Of a DNA stretch of 64,000 nucleotides, positions 35,501-48,421 are shown piece after piece. The notes under the pieces were generated by a model. It did no database searches and was not told the DNA's origin. It worked only from the letters and a program-made list of their open reading frames with translations. The DNA comes from Mytilus californianus (taxonomy: Eukaryota). Where the stretch lies: contig NW_026262637.1 in NCBI RefSeq assembly GCF_021869535.1, forward strand, positions 17,112,001 to 17,176,000. Reading direction: 5' to 3'. Made by a program: the position numbers and the translations under genes. Numbering within the stretch: the stretch's first letter is position 1; every line of letters begins with the position of its first letter.

Positions 35501-37197
35501 GTTGTATTATGTTTATACAAGTAAATATGCATTTGCATTAAATAAAAGCTATTTATTTGTAATTTTGACTATGGTGTACAAAATGCAAATGGCATGGTCA
35601 TTTAACTTAATGAATCGCATTCTACTCCATAATCACGTTTAATAGGATAAAAGTGCTATATTTTCTCATAAGAGTGCGACATTTTTTCTTATAGAATAGC
35701 GATATGCTTTTATTATGAAAACTTTTCCAATACGATATTTTCTTAAAAGAAACGCGATACGTTAAAAAAAATATGATATATATATAGTATGACACAATTC
35801 ATCCAAAAAAGTAGAACCATTGACAATTATTCATGACACGTTCGATAGTATAATATGCAAATTTCACTTTTTTGTCAAAGATGGTGTACGTACATAATAA
35901 ACCAATTATACGGTTATAAAGAAGTAGACATGATGTTCAATATTCCCTTGGTGTCGATCAATTTTGTGATTGTCTATCAATATTGCACAGTACTTACTGA
36001 CTACCAACTTACGCTGAAAATATAGCTGGCTAGTGTCAGTCTAGAATAATAAAGTGTTGACACAAATATATGTATAATCTATCATGTGTATATGTAATTC
36101 TAATTGTTGAAATTAAAATGACAATACTTTGTCCAGAAGACTATGCAAAATATTCAAAGTAAATGAAACATGACTGAAGTGGCAATAATCTTCCACAACA
36201 GTGCTGAAAGTTAAATCGATGTAAAATCTATTTCGTTTTTTTTACTAGATCTTAACGGACTTATATTCACGATTTGTTTGTTGACACCATGCATAAACAT
36301 CCTATGTATTTTGTTGCAAAGAAAGAAGTAGGAACATTTATTTTAACCTTTCAAAATACACTTTATTAAGGAGCCTGTAATTTAGCGGTTGGGGTTTGTG
36401 GCTACGCATCTTATTTGTTTTCCGTTTAATGTTTTGTACATCAATCGGATTGATTGATTGTTGGATGTTTAACGTGAATTGGCCAACATTCAGGACGAGT
36501 ACATACATCTTGCCGTTAATTTCTGGTTTTACTTGCTTTTTACTTGTTATATCATGACTTTTTACAACTTGCTATGCGATACAGGTATGGGTTATCTCAT
36601 TGTTGAAGGCCTTATAGTGACACATATTGTTAGCTGAAAGATGACTCGGTGGAAATCATATCACATCTTCTCATTTTTATAATAATGTATCGAATGGAAA
36701 AAAATCGGAGGAAAATCTAGGAATTAAGACACCAAGGACACATATCCTATCATGAATATTATACTGACAAGTAATAGCTTTTCTAAAAAGCTTGCCGTAT
36801 TTTAGCTGCTTATACATGTATTGAGATCGGTGGTTTGTGGGTATAGGGTTTTTTATTGGAATCTTGCACTCCTAGCATTAGAATATATAGTGTCTTTTTT
36901 CTCCTGGTATTTTATTTTAGTTGTAGTATTGGTGAATCAGGGTTATCATTGAAGGAGGCTTGATAGTCACATATGATAATATATATATATATGGTTTGTA
37001 ATAGCTAAAGTAACGATACAAACACTTTTTTGTTTGTTTTGTGGAATATGATTGTTTACTCTTTATGACAATGCAAGTAGTTTTAACATGCATACTGTGT
37101 CTTGACAGTTATGTAATAGTTAGCAAGGTTATAATCAAGTTGATAAGAAAAACGTATTATTTACCTTTGAGGATTACTGCTAGACAAAATGGACTAC

Positions 37198-37347
37198 CAG
37201 TGGCAGATCTAGTAATTTTCATTAGAGGGGGCCAGCTCAAGTCATGATTCAGTGATTCACTACATGTATATGATCAACCAAAGTTTTCCCACGAAAGGGG
37301 GGGGGGGGGGGGGGGGTCCCCTGAAAAACTCTCTAAATCCGCCTCTG
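37198..37347. mobile_element. MITE with CAG(T/A)GGC(A/G)GAT TIRs and 5-bp TSD ACTAC
   Basis: Ends CAGTGGCAGAT / ATCCGCCTCTG, internal poly-G, ACTAC at 37193-37197 and 37348-37352. Confidence 0.65.
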
Positions 37348-40300
37348 ACTACTATAGTTGGCCGTTCGAATTTGAGAATATTACATCTTATATGTAAAGA
37401 AGACAGTGGTCTCTTTAGCCCAAATTAGAAGGGCGCTATACCCTGGGTGCCCTTAGCCATGCCCTGGGTGCCTTCAATTGTGCCCCTCTCTGACGCCTTT
37501 TTCCAAGGGGGGAAGAATAGTAAGTTTATTTCGCTTCTTTTGGTTAATAGTGATCTGATGTATGAATGTGTATTACCATGTTTTATGAACATGTAGTATG
37601 AATGACTTTTCTAATGCAAATTTTATAGAGTAAATAATCAAAACAACAATTTTTGCATCTTTATTAACAACATATACAGTAAAAAAAAAAGTGAACTCGT
37701 GATACACACAGAAACGTAGACAAAAGAAATGAGAAGTGCATTTTCCTATCATAAAAAAGTGCCCTGCCCTTCACTGGCACCCTGCCCCTTTCTATTTCTA
37801 GCTGGAGCACTTCAAGTGATGAATATCTCATCTGGCTTTTGTCTTAGAAGAAGCAATTAGTTTTGAAGGTACAGGTTAAGTGTTGTTATTACTAATTTCC
37901 AGATGTAGTATAACTGTAAGAAGATGTTTTGTGGTAATGGATTTGGAATGAAATATTAAATGCAAATAATTTTCTAGAACATGTTGTAAGCTGGCTTCTT
38001 ATATTTTTTATTATTTTGTTGCGGTTTGTAATCTTGACATTTTTATTGTAAGTTCTATAGATGAGAGCTTCATATTGGTATTATCATTTAGTGCTTTATA
38101 TTTGGTTGCATGTGCAAGCATATGCTTTTGTTAGTTGGAATATTTATATTTTCATTTCTGAAGGCAACAAGTTCATGTAATACATATAGTCAGGATTATT
38201 AGTAAGCGATAGTTGTTTTGTTTGTTTATGTTTATTGTCATGATTGATATGGACTATATAACTTGCTGTTTGGTGTGAACAAAGGCTTCATGTTGAAGAC
38301 CGTACTTCAACCTATAATGGTTTACTTTTACAAATTGTGACTTGAATAGAGAGTTGTCTTTGGTACTGATATGACATTCTGTTATATCTATCGACAAGAT
38401 TGAGAACACATTTTTTTGTAATAAAACATATTTAATTCTATGATATCATATTCAACAATTTATCGGTAATTTGTGCATTTTTCCTTTGACGTGTACTCTC
38501 TGATAATGTCAGTATCAGTTGACTGGTCGTGATATATAAATTATTGGGTCAGTTCGCAATTGACATGCTCAGGTGCGCTGTGTCAGGATCTTCTTTCTCC
38601 TTTCATTCACAAAATCATGCATGATTTTTTTTTGCAGAATCGCAAGAGTGTTTTGGTGATTGAAACACTTCTCATATTGTTTGAAAGTTTCAGTAAAGTT
38701 AGTTTTGCCTCTTGACAGATTGTGTGAAAATTCGAACAGAATATGAATAAAAAACCCAATAAACTTTAAAAAAATGCACCATTATTAATAGCTTTCCTTG
38801 CTTATTCACAATGATGTACAAAATGTATAAATATATCATCCATGCTATTCCGATCTTAGTTTTTATTCATACATAGTCTGGTGCTGTTCCAAGTATCTTA
38901 TTTTTCTGTTTCTTGAGAAGTATTTGTTTTACCTGTTCAGTCACTTTAAAGTGTTACAATTAATATTTAGACGCAACACAGAATAGTGACCAAAAAGGTA
39001 CTGCTATCATATGAGAGGAGCTAGAAAAAAAAATGAAGTGTACACATTATCAACATTTTTGTGGAACCATCAAGATGTGGTTTCATTGACTTTTTTGTCA
39101 ATATATAGACAGATATTCATAGACCAAATAACAAACAAGCAACAAATTCAAAAGTAGATGTAGGATGAATTATAGAAAGAAGGGGTACCCGGGGGCACGA
39201 AACTTGACAAGGTTTGGTTTGGAACAAGTAATATGTCTGCATTAACATTAAATGTAGGTTTTAAAAGGGGGACCCAGATCGCCTTTCCCTAAATCCTTTT
39301 CTGAAATTAAAGGTAGCCGCATATTTCTGGGCGCAGTTGAAAAATAAATGAACGTGACTTTGAAAAAGCAAGAATATTAAGCTAAAAGAAATAGACCAAA
39401 TTTGGATGACATCTATTAAAATGTTTGAAATAATTATGAAGTTGACAAGAAATGAACTTGTTCAGATAATATACAGTCAGCCTACAGACTTGTTGCTTCC
39501 TGAAATATCTGCTTACACAATGCTTTCCTAAAATGATTTGTAATGTGATCGTTTTCATGATGAATGATGAGCAAACATAGATTATGACGTTGGTTTTCTC
39601 GTTTGAATTGTTTTACATTGTTATTTCAGGGCCTTTTATAGCTGACTATGCAGTATGGGCTTTGCTCATTGTTGAAGGCCATAAGGTGACCTATAGTTGT
39701 TTATTTCTGTGTCATTTTGGTCTTTTTTGGAGAGTTGTCTCATTGGCAATCATACCACATCTTCTTTTTTTATATTATAATGACAAGATAAATGTTATGT
39801 TACCCACCCAACTAAGTAAAATATATAACTTCTCGTTGAACTTCTAAAACAACGGTAAATCTGCTGATTCATATCGTATCATTCAATGCTGTAAGATGCT
39901 ATGTGAAAAATAAAGAAATTTACCTTAATATATGCTTCCATTATATTCGGCATTGTTATTCAGTTATGTCCAAAGCAGAACTTATGAAAGGCATGCAATA
40001 ATTTATTTTCAATAGATGCATTTGAAAAATGTATTTTTCAGCACTAGTAAAGCGACGTCTATGTTCATGATGTCATGTGATCATCTATATATATAAGAAT
40101 ATTTCATTAGAGTTGATTTATTAAAAATTGCTTTGAATCCAACTTATTGCTATTTGTCTGCAATTACTGGCCATCACAAAGGTTCACGTAAAATTTTGAC
40201 GTCATAATACAAAATATCTGACACTACAATGGAAAAGTGATTGTAGTATAATGTCAATGGTTGAAGGGGGACAGATTCTCAGGTCAGCTGGGACAGAATT

Positions 40301-40566
40301 CCATAAAGTGATTAGGTGTATGGTTATTATATATGGGTACTATGTTCAGGAGGATGAATTCTAATATATATACGTAAAATACCTGTTCGGTTTTGAATTA
40401 ACATCCTGGATCTGGATTTCCTTATCAACTACCATCATTGTTAACGCATCCAATCATAAACTAGAGCCTTTATACATAGTCAGTTCGATCTGCCAATATC
40501 ACATATTACAAATACTTATACAAATACAGCCGATAGATTAAACTCAGCACCATTGTATATTGATGA

Positions 40567-40830
40567 TTATACATATAGTATCAGCTGATTCAGATTTGAA
40601 AAGGTTAGCAAAATAGCAGCACCATCTGAAAATGGGAAACCTTGATTATTTCGAGCATGTGAATCAAAGCAAATAGTAATTATCATCACAACGAAATATA
40701 CTTATTGTAAGACCTGATACATTGTACATTGTAATGTGAACAAATTAGAATTGGATTTATCTATATCAAACATTTGTCAAATGCAGTTCTCAGTGCTGTT
40801 GATATATCAATAAACAATGACTGCTGAGCG
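40567..40830 (-). pseudogene. Remnant of a peptidase C76 (herpes tegument deubiquitinase)-like domain, probably from a Helitron/Helentron
   Basis: Minus strand ...ISTALRTAF...DDNYYL(frameshift)FDSHARNNQGFPFSDGAAILLTFSNLNQLILYV resembles the FDSH motif block of this domain; frameshifted and stop-ridden. Confidence 0.45.
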
Positions 40831-40840
40831 CCACTGTGTA

Positions 40841-40944
40841 CAGTGGCAGATCCAGAACTTTTCATAAAAGGGGGGGGGGGGGGGGGGGCTATATAATCAA
40901 CCAAGGGGAGGGGCGGTCCCATCCCCCCTTTGGATCCGCCTGGG
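40841..40944. mobile_element. MITE of the same family, 5-bp TSD GTGTA
   Basis: CAGTGGCAGATCC...poly-G...GGATCCGCC; GTGTA at 40836-40840 and 40945-40949. Confidence 0.65.
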
Positions 40945-42380
40945 GTGTACAACGACTCCAAAGAATAAATCATCATGTACGAGTACATTAAACTGTCTAC
41001 CCCACATGCGAACATCATTTTGGACCTCGCTGTGTTGCAAGTATCTTGGGTTTCCAGGCATATTAATTCAAATTGCTCATTGGACATTGCTGCCTTTTTT
41101 AATTTCATCTATCTATAGTCGTAGACGTCCAGCTAGAGGGGTCATTTTACAAACTATAGTGCACTGAAACCCTTGCCCATAACTAAACCGGGATACTTGG
41201 TGTTTGCTTCCTTGCACACACGCAACCATATTACTCACCTTGTTTGTTTTCTATTCTTCTAATCAGCTGTTTATCGGCAATTGTCTGTTTTGTTTACATC
41301 AGAAATCAATGAAGCGGCGAATACGCGGGGAAACGAAAGGACATCTTTGTATCAATACGGTAAATTCCCTGATTTGAATATTTTCTTATCAATATGTTCA
41401 AGCAATAAAAAATATGAGGATAACATTTTTAATCATAGAGCACACGTTTTGTGTATTTACTATCTAAAATAATAGTTTATGAAGAAATATAGCAAGATAT
41501 GTTTCAATACGCACTATAAAGTGAAGATTAGATGTATTGTTGTTTTGTTTTTGAAAGAACATTAATAATCCATAATTACACACCTCTGTACCAAAATTGC
41601 AACAAAATTTCAAGATAACATAAATTTCATCAGCACAGAATGATATTATTTGCTCAAATTGACAGGGCTTCGTGAACTAAATTTGGCTTAAATTATGATA
41701 GCAATTGAACACTTCATTATAGTTTATACCGATGACCTACTATCATGATTTTTATCCGACCCCACTTACGGACGCGTTGACATATAATGCACACAACTCA
41801 ATAATAGCCAATCAGACGTTAAGATATCCTTCACTTCCCTCAGAAGCAGCCCGGAAGCAGCTGAGATGCAGCCATTTAATGTTATTTATAACCAATGAGA
41901 TACCGTTAACAGATTAACCACATTCCAGACGTCCAGCCTCTGACTAATCAGACCGTATCACCATGGTGATACGGTAATAATTGCCGTGCTCAGCAATCGG
42001 AAAGAAAAGTGTTCAGGTTATAGAATACTGTACACAGTGAAGGGTGAGATAATGGGTTATGATATAAGTAAAGAAAATGAATAATCAAAACTTTTTTCAT
42101 CAAGTTTTGTTCTTTTTCTTGAATGATATAATGCAAATTGTTTTAATATGTAACACAATATAACTACCATATAGGTTCTGACTTAGGGAAAACACGAAGG
42201 AACTAAATCAAAAACATTAATCAGATTTCTTCCATCCTTGATTTTAATAAAGATATGCATATAATTTCAAGTTCGTTGGTGTCTTCATGACTTGTAATAA
42301 TGCTGTGGGATAAAATCTTCTAAAAACTGATCGCCGCGATATAGCATTGTTCGTGCTAAGCCGGCGTAATGCAAACACTA

Positions 42381-42984
42381 TTATCCCCGGCTTAGTATAT
42401 TTCTAGAATTTTGATTGGTTAACGCACGTCGTTACAAAACCCATAGCCCCTGGGTGTTGCTAACCCATATACCCGGACGTTGCTACCCATTACAACGGGG
42501 AACATCACGCGCGTTTTCCTTAGTTCCATGGTTGTTCTTTGTGAAATATCGAATTCTGTAGATTATTCATGATGTCTGTAATTAAATGTTTAATCCTATA
42601 TCGATTTTATCTTATTATATCGATTATTTGCACTCACTTTAGTAAATGCATCACTATGCAGCCACATTGTCAATGAATGGTACTACTGACCTAGCTATGC
42701 AAATGACCCACGTTGACGTCACACCGTTTATGATGTAACTCTCACAACATTGTGCGCCAAATTCGACCCATTTCAGTTTCTCTGTCTCTAGTTTAAAAAC
42801 GTCTTGTATTTGTCTACCTGTAGGGTTCTACCAAAGGTAGTACCCTACACCCCGTTAAAAATATGTCAAATTCCCAAATTTCAATAAAAGATATTTAAAA
42901 AATGAAAAAAACGTTGCTTTCACGTTAAACTTTGTGGTCGAATTTCTCTAAAAATCGCCAGATTTAGACTAAGACCGGGGATAA
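42381..42984. mobile_element. Non-autonomous TIR element (about 600 bp)
   Basis: TTATCCCCGGCTTAGT at 42381-42396 and ACTAAGACCGGGGATAA at 42968-42984 are inverted repeats with one indel. Confidence 0.5.
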
Positions 42985-42988
42985 ATTC

Positions 42989-43128
42989 GTTATCTACGTT
43001 CATATCCGTAGATATGGATATTTTAACACCCTTCAGTACCCTGTACACCCTTCGGCTGCGCCTCAGGGTGTACTTGGATACTTCAGGGTGTTAAAATATC
43101 CATATCTACGGATATGAACGTAGATAAC
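42989..43128. repeat. Foldback/palindromic MITE with perfect 44-bp arms
   Basis: 42989-43032 is the exact reverse complement of 43085-43128; inner hairpin GTACACCCT/AGGGTGTAC. Confidence 0.85.
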
Positions 43129-43553
43129 TTATAATCAATCAATCATCTAAAAAATAATAACGTTTACTAATTCAAATCTCCTGAAGCATGTCCAGCTTCC
43201 TTGTTTTCTTTCTATCTGTATATACTGACAGAACGAAATCTAGATAATGGTATTAAGATATGTCAAAGATATATTCTGATTATTATTTGTAAAATTTACA
43301 AAATCAGTCAGGAAATAATAAAAGTGTCGTCCTTTAGTATGGGTATTTATGTTTTGTTTATAACTTATATTTCCTTGTCATTGTTATTATACTTGAGTTC
43401 TATACTTTTAAAAGCGTTAAATGTCAATTGTAATGAACGATTTTTAAAAAATGTTGAAAGAACTGTAACAAGGAAGCACTCCAATATAATATGCGCATAA
43501 TTCGTAATAACATGAATGAAATACTTTAAAAGAAACAAGAGAAACACACGAAA

Positions 43554-46103
43554 ATGAAACTGATTTATATATTTTGTGCTGTATTTTCACTATTCGGGAA
43601 AGTGTCAGCCAAGCCATGTAAAACAGTTTATAGTAAAGGATATAAGAGGGCTGACTGTCGTTATCTGCAATTAAAGACAATACCGCCAAATATTCCGGGA
43701 GACATAGATGTGTTGGATTTGAGTGAAAATTTAATAAGTGTATTGGAAAACAATTCATTTGTACAATTTTCGAATCTGAAAGAATTGCTTGTGAGTAAGA
43801 ACAATATAAGTCGTATTGAAAAGAAAGTCTTTTATCCGTTAACTCAGCTAAAAGTATTGGATATTTCTGGAAATAATATAAGGAACATTTCAAACCAAAT
43901 ACACCCAGAAATGTTTCAGTTTTCAACTAACCTCTACAAGCTGGACATTCGTCGGAATATGAAAGACGCAAAAAGAATTCAGAGTGATTATACCTACCCA
44001 GGTGCTGCATTTTCTTTACTTTCCAATTTAACCATTCTTTATATGGACCTTGTTCCAAAACCTGTTTTTGGACCAGAATTTAAAAGTCTAGTAAAGTTAG
44101 AAGTGTTGGGATTTGATTATTGTTTATTAGCTGCAATGACAAATGACTTGTTCAAACATTTTACTATGAAGGTACGAGAATTACATTTAATGCGATGCCA
44201 TGATATACTTGGAGAGAATGTAAAATATGGTTCTCTTCAATATTTTAAACATTTAAAGGTGCTTAATTTAGCGGATACACATATTCATTTAATACGAGCA
44301 TTGGATTTATTACACTCTTTTCAAAATACCACCATGGATGTCATTAACTTTCAACGAGTCAGCTATGAACTTTTAGATAATGACAACTTTTCTTACGCAC
44401 TTGTTATAACAAGTGAAATGATGAAATATCTCAGGACAATTTGTGTCAAGACATTGAATCTAGCTGATAATGGTATTGTAGATTTTCGCGAGAATTCGTT
44501 ACTTTCGTATGACCACCCAGAATGTTTTGAAAATATAGTACTATCCGCGAACAGGTTTACATTTCATATTGGACGAAAAATGAAAGAAATTCTTACTCTT
44601 ATTCATAAATTAAAAAATGTAGTTCTGTTTGATTTTTCGTATAACCCAATAAGATTTAGCAACGAGACATACTTGCGCATACCTAATGGTAACACATCAT
44701 TCGATTACGAAGCCACTGGTTGTTTCAGTGACGGATTTATGAACGGACCTGGTAGAACAATTATCTACCTTCCTCCGAAATTGAAAATATTGAGATTTTC
44801 ACATTTCGTTAGACAAAGTTGTGGCGATGGTTTTACGGTGAGAAACGCGTCGTCATTAGAACAACTTGACATGTCATATTATCAGTTCCAGAAATTCCCA
44901 GATCTAAAAATTGAAGGAGAGAATAATTTGAAATCGCTTAATATGTCTGGAATAGATTCATCTTTGTATTTAAAAAAGAAGTCTGTACCACCATTTAACA
45001 ATGTTGAAGAGGCATTTTTCAGACATGTGGAACTCGGAAAAAGTCAAGCAGTTAGTAAGCATCTGTTTACACTGATACCATCAGTGCAGGTTCTAGATTT
45101 ATCTTATAATAGTTTGTGGACATTACCTCAGGATGCTTTTGTCGAAAATAAAAAATTAACGGAACTAGACTTATCAAATAACGTATTGCACGAAGTTCCT
45201 GTCGCCATATTGGAAATAAAACAGTTGAGAAAATTGAACTTGCAGAATAATAATCTTGTTAGTATTAGTAAATCCATCACTGATTGGTTAGATTCTTTAA
45301 CTCGAAAGCAAGACATTTATCTTTTGTTAGCTGGTAATGTGTTTTCCTGTACGTGTGAAAATAGACAGTTTATCAGTTGGTTATTTAACACTAAAGTACA
45401 ATTAGACCCCGACAATCAGAACATTTCTAACAAAAACTATTCATGCAGATTATCAAATGGCGAAGTAAAAGGCACTTCTGAAATATACGACCAGTACCAC
45501 GAATTATATTCTGACTGTAATGCAGGAATTTGGTTACGTTTTGGTATATCTTTACTCGTAACATTTACTGTAATTGCTTTTATATTCGCGGTAATCTTCA
45601 ACTTCCGGTGGCGCATAGCATACTACATCTATCGTACATTTAAAACTGTTATCGAATCAAAAATGAATTTAAAATTTACTTATGATGCATATGTTGCTTA
45701 TTCTGAGGATGCCAAAGACTGGGTTAAGTATGATTTGGCGCAAAAAATAGAAAAAATATGGGGGCTCAAATTGTGCATCGAAGATCGTGATCTTCTTGCT
45801 GGAAAATCTTATATAGATTCCATCGCTGAAGCAATTGGGTCTTGTCGGCAAGTTATATTCGTGTTGAGTCCCGGGTTACTCGACAGAGAATGGACTCAAT
45901 ACGAAATAGAGAGAGCAAAGTATGAAATGGCATGTAAACATGTTCAAATTACAGTGTTAAATCTTGGAACTGCTGTACAAGAGGTGCCTGCCGAGTTTTC
46001 ATCCATCTGGCATAGTGTTTGTCTGATAGAATGGTCGGAAGACCCACAGTCTGCGGATAACCCGTGGCATAAACTAAAATTACGATTGGTCTTAAATAGA
46101 TAA
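43554..46103 (+). CDS. Toll-like receptor (single-exon, single cysteine cluster type), 849 aa
   Basis: Signal peptide, LRR-NT (C...ADC), multiple LxxLxLxxN repeats, LRR-CT (NVFSCTC...C...C), TM (FGISLLVTFTVIAFIFAVIF), TIR (YDAYVAYS, LCIEDRD, FVLS, W..YE, PWHKLKLRL). Confidence 0.95.
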   Translation: MKLIYIFCAVFSLFGKVSAKPCKTVYSKGYKRADCRYLQLKTIPPNIPGDIDVLDLSENLISVLENNSFVQFSNLKELLVSKNNISRIEKKVFYPLTQLKVLDISGNNIRNISNQIHPEMFQFSTNLYKLDIRRNMKDAKRIQSDYTYPGAAFSLLSNLTILYMDLVPKPVFGPEFKSLVKLEVLGFDYCLLAAMTNDLFKHFTMKVRELHLMRCHDILGENVKYGSLQYFKHLKVLNLADTHIHLIRALDLLHSFQNTTMDVINFQRVSYELLDNDNFSYALVITSEMMKYLRTICVKTLNLADNGIVDFRENSLLSYDHPECFENIVLSANRFTFHIGRKMKEILTLIHKLKNVVLFDFSYNPIRFSNETYLRIPNGNTSFDYEATGCFSDGFMNGPGRTIIYLPPKLKILRFSHFVRQSCGDGFTVRNASSLEQLDMSYYQFQKFPDLKIEGENNLKSLNMSGIDSSLYLKKKSVPPFNNVEEAFFRHVELGKSQAVSKHLFTLIPSVQVLDLSYNSLWTLPQDAFVENKKLTELDLSNNVLHEVPVAILEIKQLRKLNLQNNNLVSISKSITDWLDSLTRKQDIYLLLAGNVFSCTCENRQFISWLFNTKVQLDPDNQNISNKNYSCRLSNGEVKGTSEIYDQYHELYSDCNAGIWLRFGISLLVTFTVIAFIFAVIFNFRWRIAYYIYRTFKTVIESKMNLKFTYDAYVAYSEDAKDWVKYDLAQKIEKIWGLKLCIEDRDLLAGKSYIDSIAEAIGSCRQVIFVLSPGLLDREWTQYEIERAKYEMACKHVQITVLNLGTAVQEVPAEFSSIWHSVCLIEWSEDPQSADNPWHKLKLRLVLNR

Positions 46104-48243
46104 ATTGTTCAAAATTTGTTTTAAATTTAAATGCTGTGATTATGAACGTTAAGAAACAATGAATATAACAACAACAAAAATAAACGCTGTGATCCAATGA
46201 CAAGGTTATCCCCAAAAGTAACAAGAATACATGAGTATTGATTTATGTTTTGAAATATATTACAATATATATTTTCATTTTAGTGCATTTGTTTACCAGT
46301 TCTTCATAAAGCATTTGTTTTGATAAAAGGATTTTTACCATTAAAATCTGCACATATTTCATATGTGATTTCTGAGACAGACAGTCTGCAGCGACAACTA
46401 TGACGAATTATTCAATTTTAACCATTTATTGGAAAGGTAATAGCTTTGAAATAAAATGGTTTTACTCAATTGTTTTTATAAATTTTATTTTATTAACGAA
46501 TTGAATTTCCTATTCATTCCATATCAGCGTTTGATAATGTTGAAAACAAAATTTATTATCATATATAAAAATAAGACGATATGGAATGATTTCCAAGGAG
46601 ACAACTCTCCACCAGAGACCAAATGACATAATGACGGTCTCCGTACGACTTTCAACAAAGAGCAAAACCAATACTGTATTGTCAGCTAAAAAGCTAAAAA
46701 GGCCCCAGAATGACAAATATAAAACAATTCAAACGAGAAAACTTACGGCATGATTTAAATACGAAAAAACAAATATGATGTATACAGGAACAAACGACAA
46801 CCACTGAATTGCAGGCTCTCGACTTTGGACAAGAACATACATAATGTGGCGGGGTTAAACATGTGCGCGGGCGCCCAACAACGTACACTAGACAGAGGTA
46901 TAACAGCACAACATACGAACAAACTATAAGAAACAGTTGGGAAGCGCTGAACTCGTCAGATCGATACAAAGCAGAAAAACAAGTAATAAAAGTATAGACA
47001 GAACGTGACAGGGTAGATATGTTACAGTGAATTTGTGAAATCAGGGATTTTGCAAAATCCCTGGAATAATTAATGATTTTATAAAATCACTAACAGTTTT
47101 AGTGATTTTGTAAAATTCCTGAAATTTCAGTGATTTTACAAAATCAGTAAAAAAAAAATGCCAGGGATTTTACAAAATCTATTTTGTTCAAATCGATTCT
47201 TTCAAGAACATCGACAATTAAAAAAAAACCCTTAGTTTAATTATAGAATAACTAATCGAAGAATTCAAATAGAGAAAAATATTCAACGAGTGACCGAACA
47301 ACACACTAATTTACGAATGCGCGTAGCGCGTGAGTTAATTATTCGCGTTGTTCGGTCGTGAATTGAATATCTTTCCAAGCTTTTTTATCCTCTCATAACG
47401 ACAATCACTGTAATGTACTGTCTTTATATTTGATTAAGGTTTATACAGTTCATTAATTACTATAGAAGTACTATATAATACAAATTAACTTAATTTCGAA
47501 CAAGGTAATAACAAGAGCTTGTATTGTCTTCTTTTTGAGGCTTTAATGAATAGGCTTTAAGAGTTCTTATTTATTGCGGTTCCATATATAAAACTAGGTT
47601 TCATACAACACATCGAAAAAAAGTTATGCAGACTCGACCTATACGAAAAAGAACGATGTAATATTTTTTTTTTATTATTTAGTGCATTTTAGCAGTAGAT
47701 TGGTAAAACGTCATTCAATCAGAACATGATCTCTAACATACATTTACAAAATCGTATAAGATTGTTTGTACACCTTTATTTAGAATAATTGCTGATTGCA
47801 GGAGAAAATGAGATAATTGCTGAAAACATTTCCGCACAAGGAAGCGTATTTAGGTAATTTACTGTGAAGCAGGAACACTTCTATACGCTTGACTGCCCGT
47901 AACTGTATAGAGGACCTCATATATTTTTAACTACAAAATTCTTCCTGTTAGGATCAAGAAAAAACACAACAGCTTCTTAATTCTGTGTATATCTTAAAAG
48001 GAATTATTTTCAAAGCAAACAAAATATTCAAAATGAGAATATGTGTTGTCATTCTAGTAAAAATGTTTGCCATTTCTTTTCACTCATATATTAATTCTTT
48101 TCCTATAGAAATCGTTTTAAATGTTGTACACCAGCTGGTTGATTATTTACAGTTGCTAAGACTTGATGTTTTCTTCATGAAAAATCGAATATGTATAACA
48201 TTTTTTTTTATACTTTTACTGTAAGAAATTAGAACTACTTCTT

Positions 48244-48296
<53 letters not shown>

Positions 48297-48421
48297 ATCG
48301 GGAATATTTGTAATATTACATTATATGACGTATAGATGTAATGTTTTGTACTTCCTAAATTTGTCTTTGAAACAATCTTTTTTCTACAGAAAACGCGAAT
48401 TTTTGAGAAAATAATCCATTA

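Noticed and set aside
40761-41108. Poly-proline ORF
   Set aside because: The proline run is the translated poly-G core of a MITE.
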